A stretch of 64,000 nt of DNA from Isurus oxyrinchus. Taxonomy: Eukaryota. The translations under genes and the position numbers were made by a program. The stretch lies in NCBI GenBank assembly GCA_026770705.1, contig JANJGN010000121.1, positions 682,001 to 746,000 of the forward strand, given 5' to 3'. The first letter of the stretch is position 1. Each line of letters begins with the position of its first letter. Below are positions 63,660-64,000 of this stretch, piece after piece. A model generated the notes under the pieces. The model saw nothing but the letters and a program-made list of their open reading frames with translations, made no database searches and was not told where the DNA came from.

Positions 63660-64000
63660 CTGAGTGAAGTGTCTCCTCCCCACTACACCTTCCACCCCTC
63701 ACACTGTCCGTGTAAACCCCCGTCCCATCTCCAGCCTCTCTTTCCTCTCCAAAGTCCTTGAACGTGTTTCCATCTCCCGAATCCATTCCCATCTTTCCCG
63801 GATCTCCATGTTTGAATCCCTCCAATCAGGTTCCCACCCCAGCCACTGTGCTGAAACAGCTCTTATCAAGGTCACAAATGGCATCCTGTGTGACTGTGAC
63901 AAAGGTCAACTTTCCTTCCTCGTCCTTCTCGATCTGTCTGCAGCCTTTGACACGCTCGACCACACCATCCTCCTCCAACACCTCTCCACTGTCGTCCAGC
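63660..64000 (+). mobile_element. L2-like LINE RT fragment
   Basis: Translates FESLQSGS..H.AETALIKVTN..LVLLDLSAAFDTLDHTILL. Confidence 0.85.

Overview
Vertebrate genomic DNA, most likely a cartilaginous fish (shark) judging from the repeat families; this is an inference. The window holds a segmentally duplicated, repeat-rich cluster of Siglec (CD33-related/MAG-like) Ig-superfamily receptor genes. It is arranged as a minus-strand arm (~2.5-32 kb: units A, B, C) facing head-to-head with a plus-strand arm (~38-64 kb: units D, E, F). I reconstructed exons by hand from splice sites, including short exons absent from the ORF track. Unit B is an inhibitory/ITSM-type receptor with one leader, two tandem V-set exons, a C2 exon, an assembly gap, an uncharged TM exon and two complete duplicated cytoplasmic-tail cassettes. 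Unit D is an intact ~375-aa activating-type receptor (V-C2-C2, TM containing Arg, ~12-aa tail with no Tyr). Unit C is a pseudogenised activating copy. Unit E has lost its activating TM exon through a deletion that joins it to leaderless unit F. An orphan ITIM-bearing terminal exon lies at the centre of the inversion. The rest is CR1/L2 LINE remnants, Gypsy remnants, solo-LTR-like sequence, Penelope-like hairpins, a 33-bp satellite and microsatellites. Nearly all long ORFs in the supplied track other than the Ig exons and retroelement fragments are spurious.
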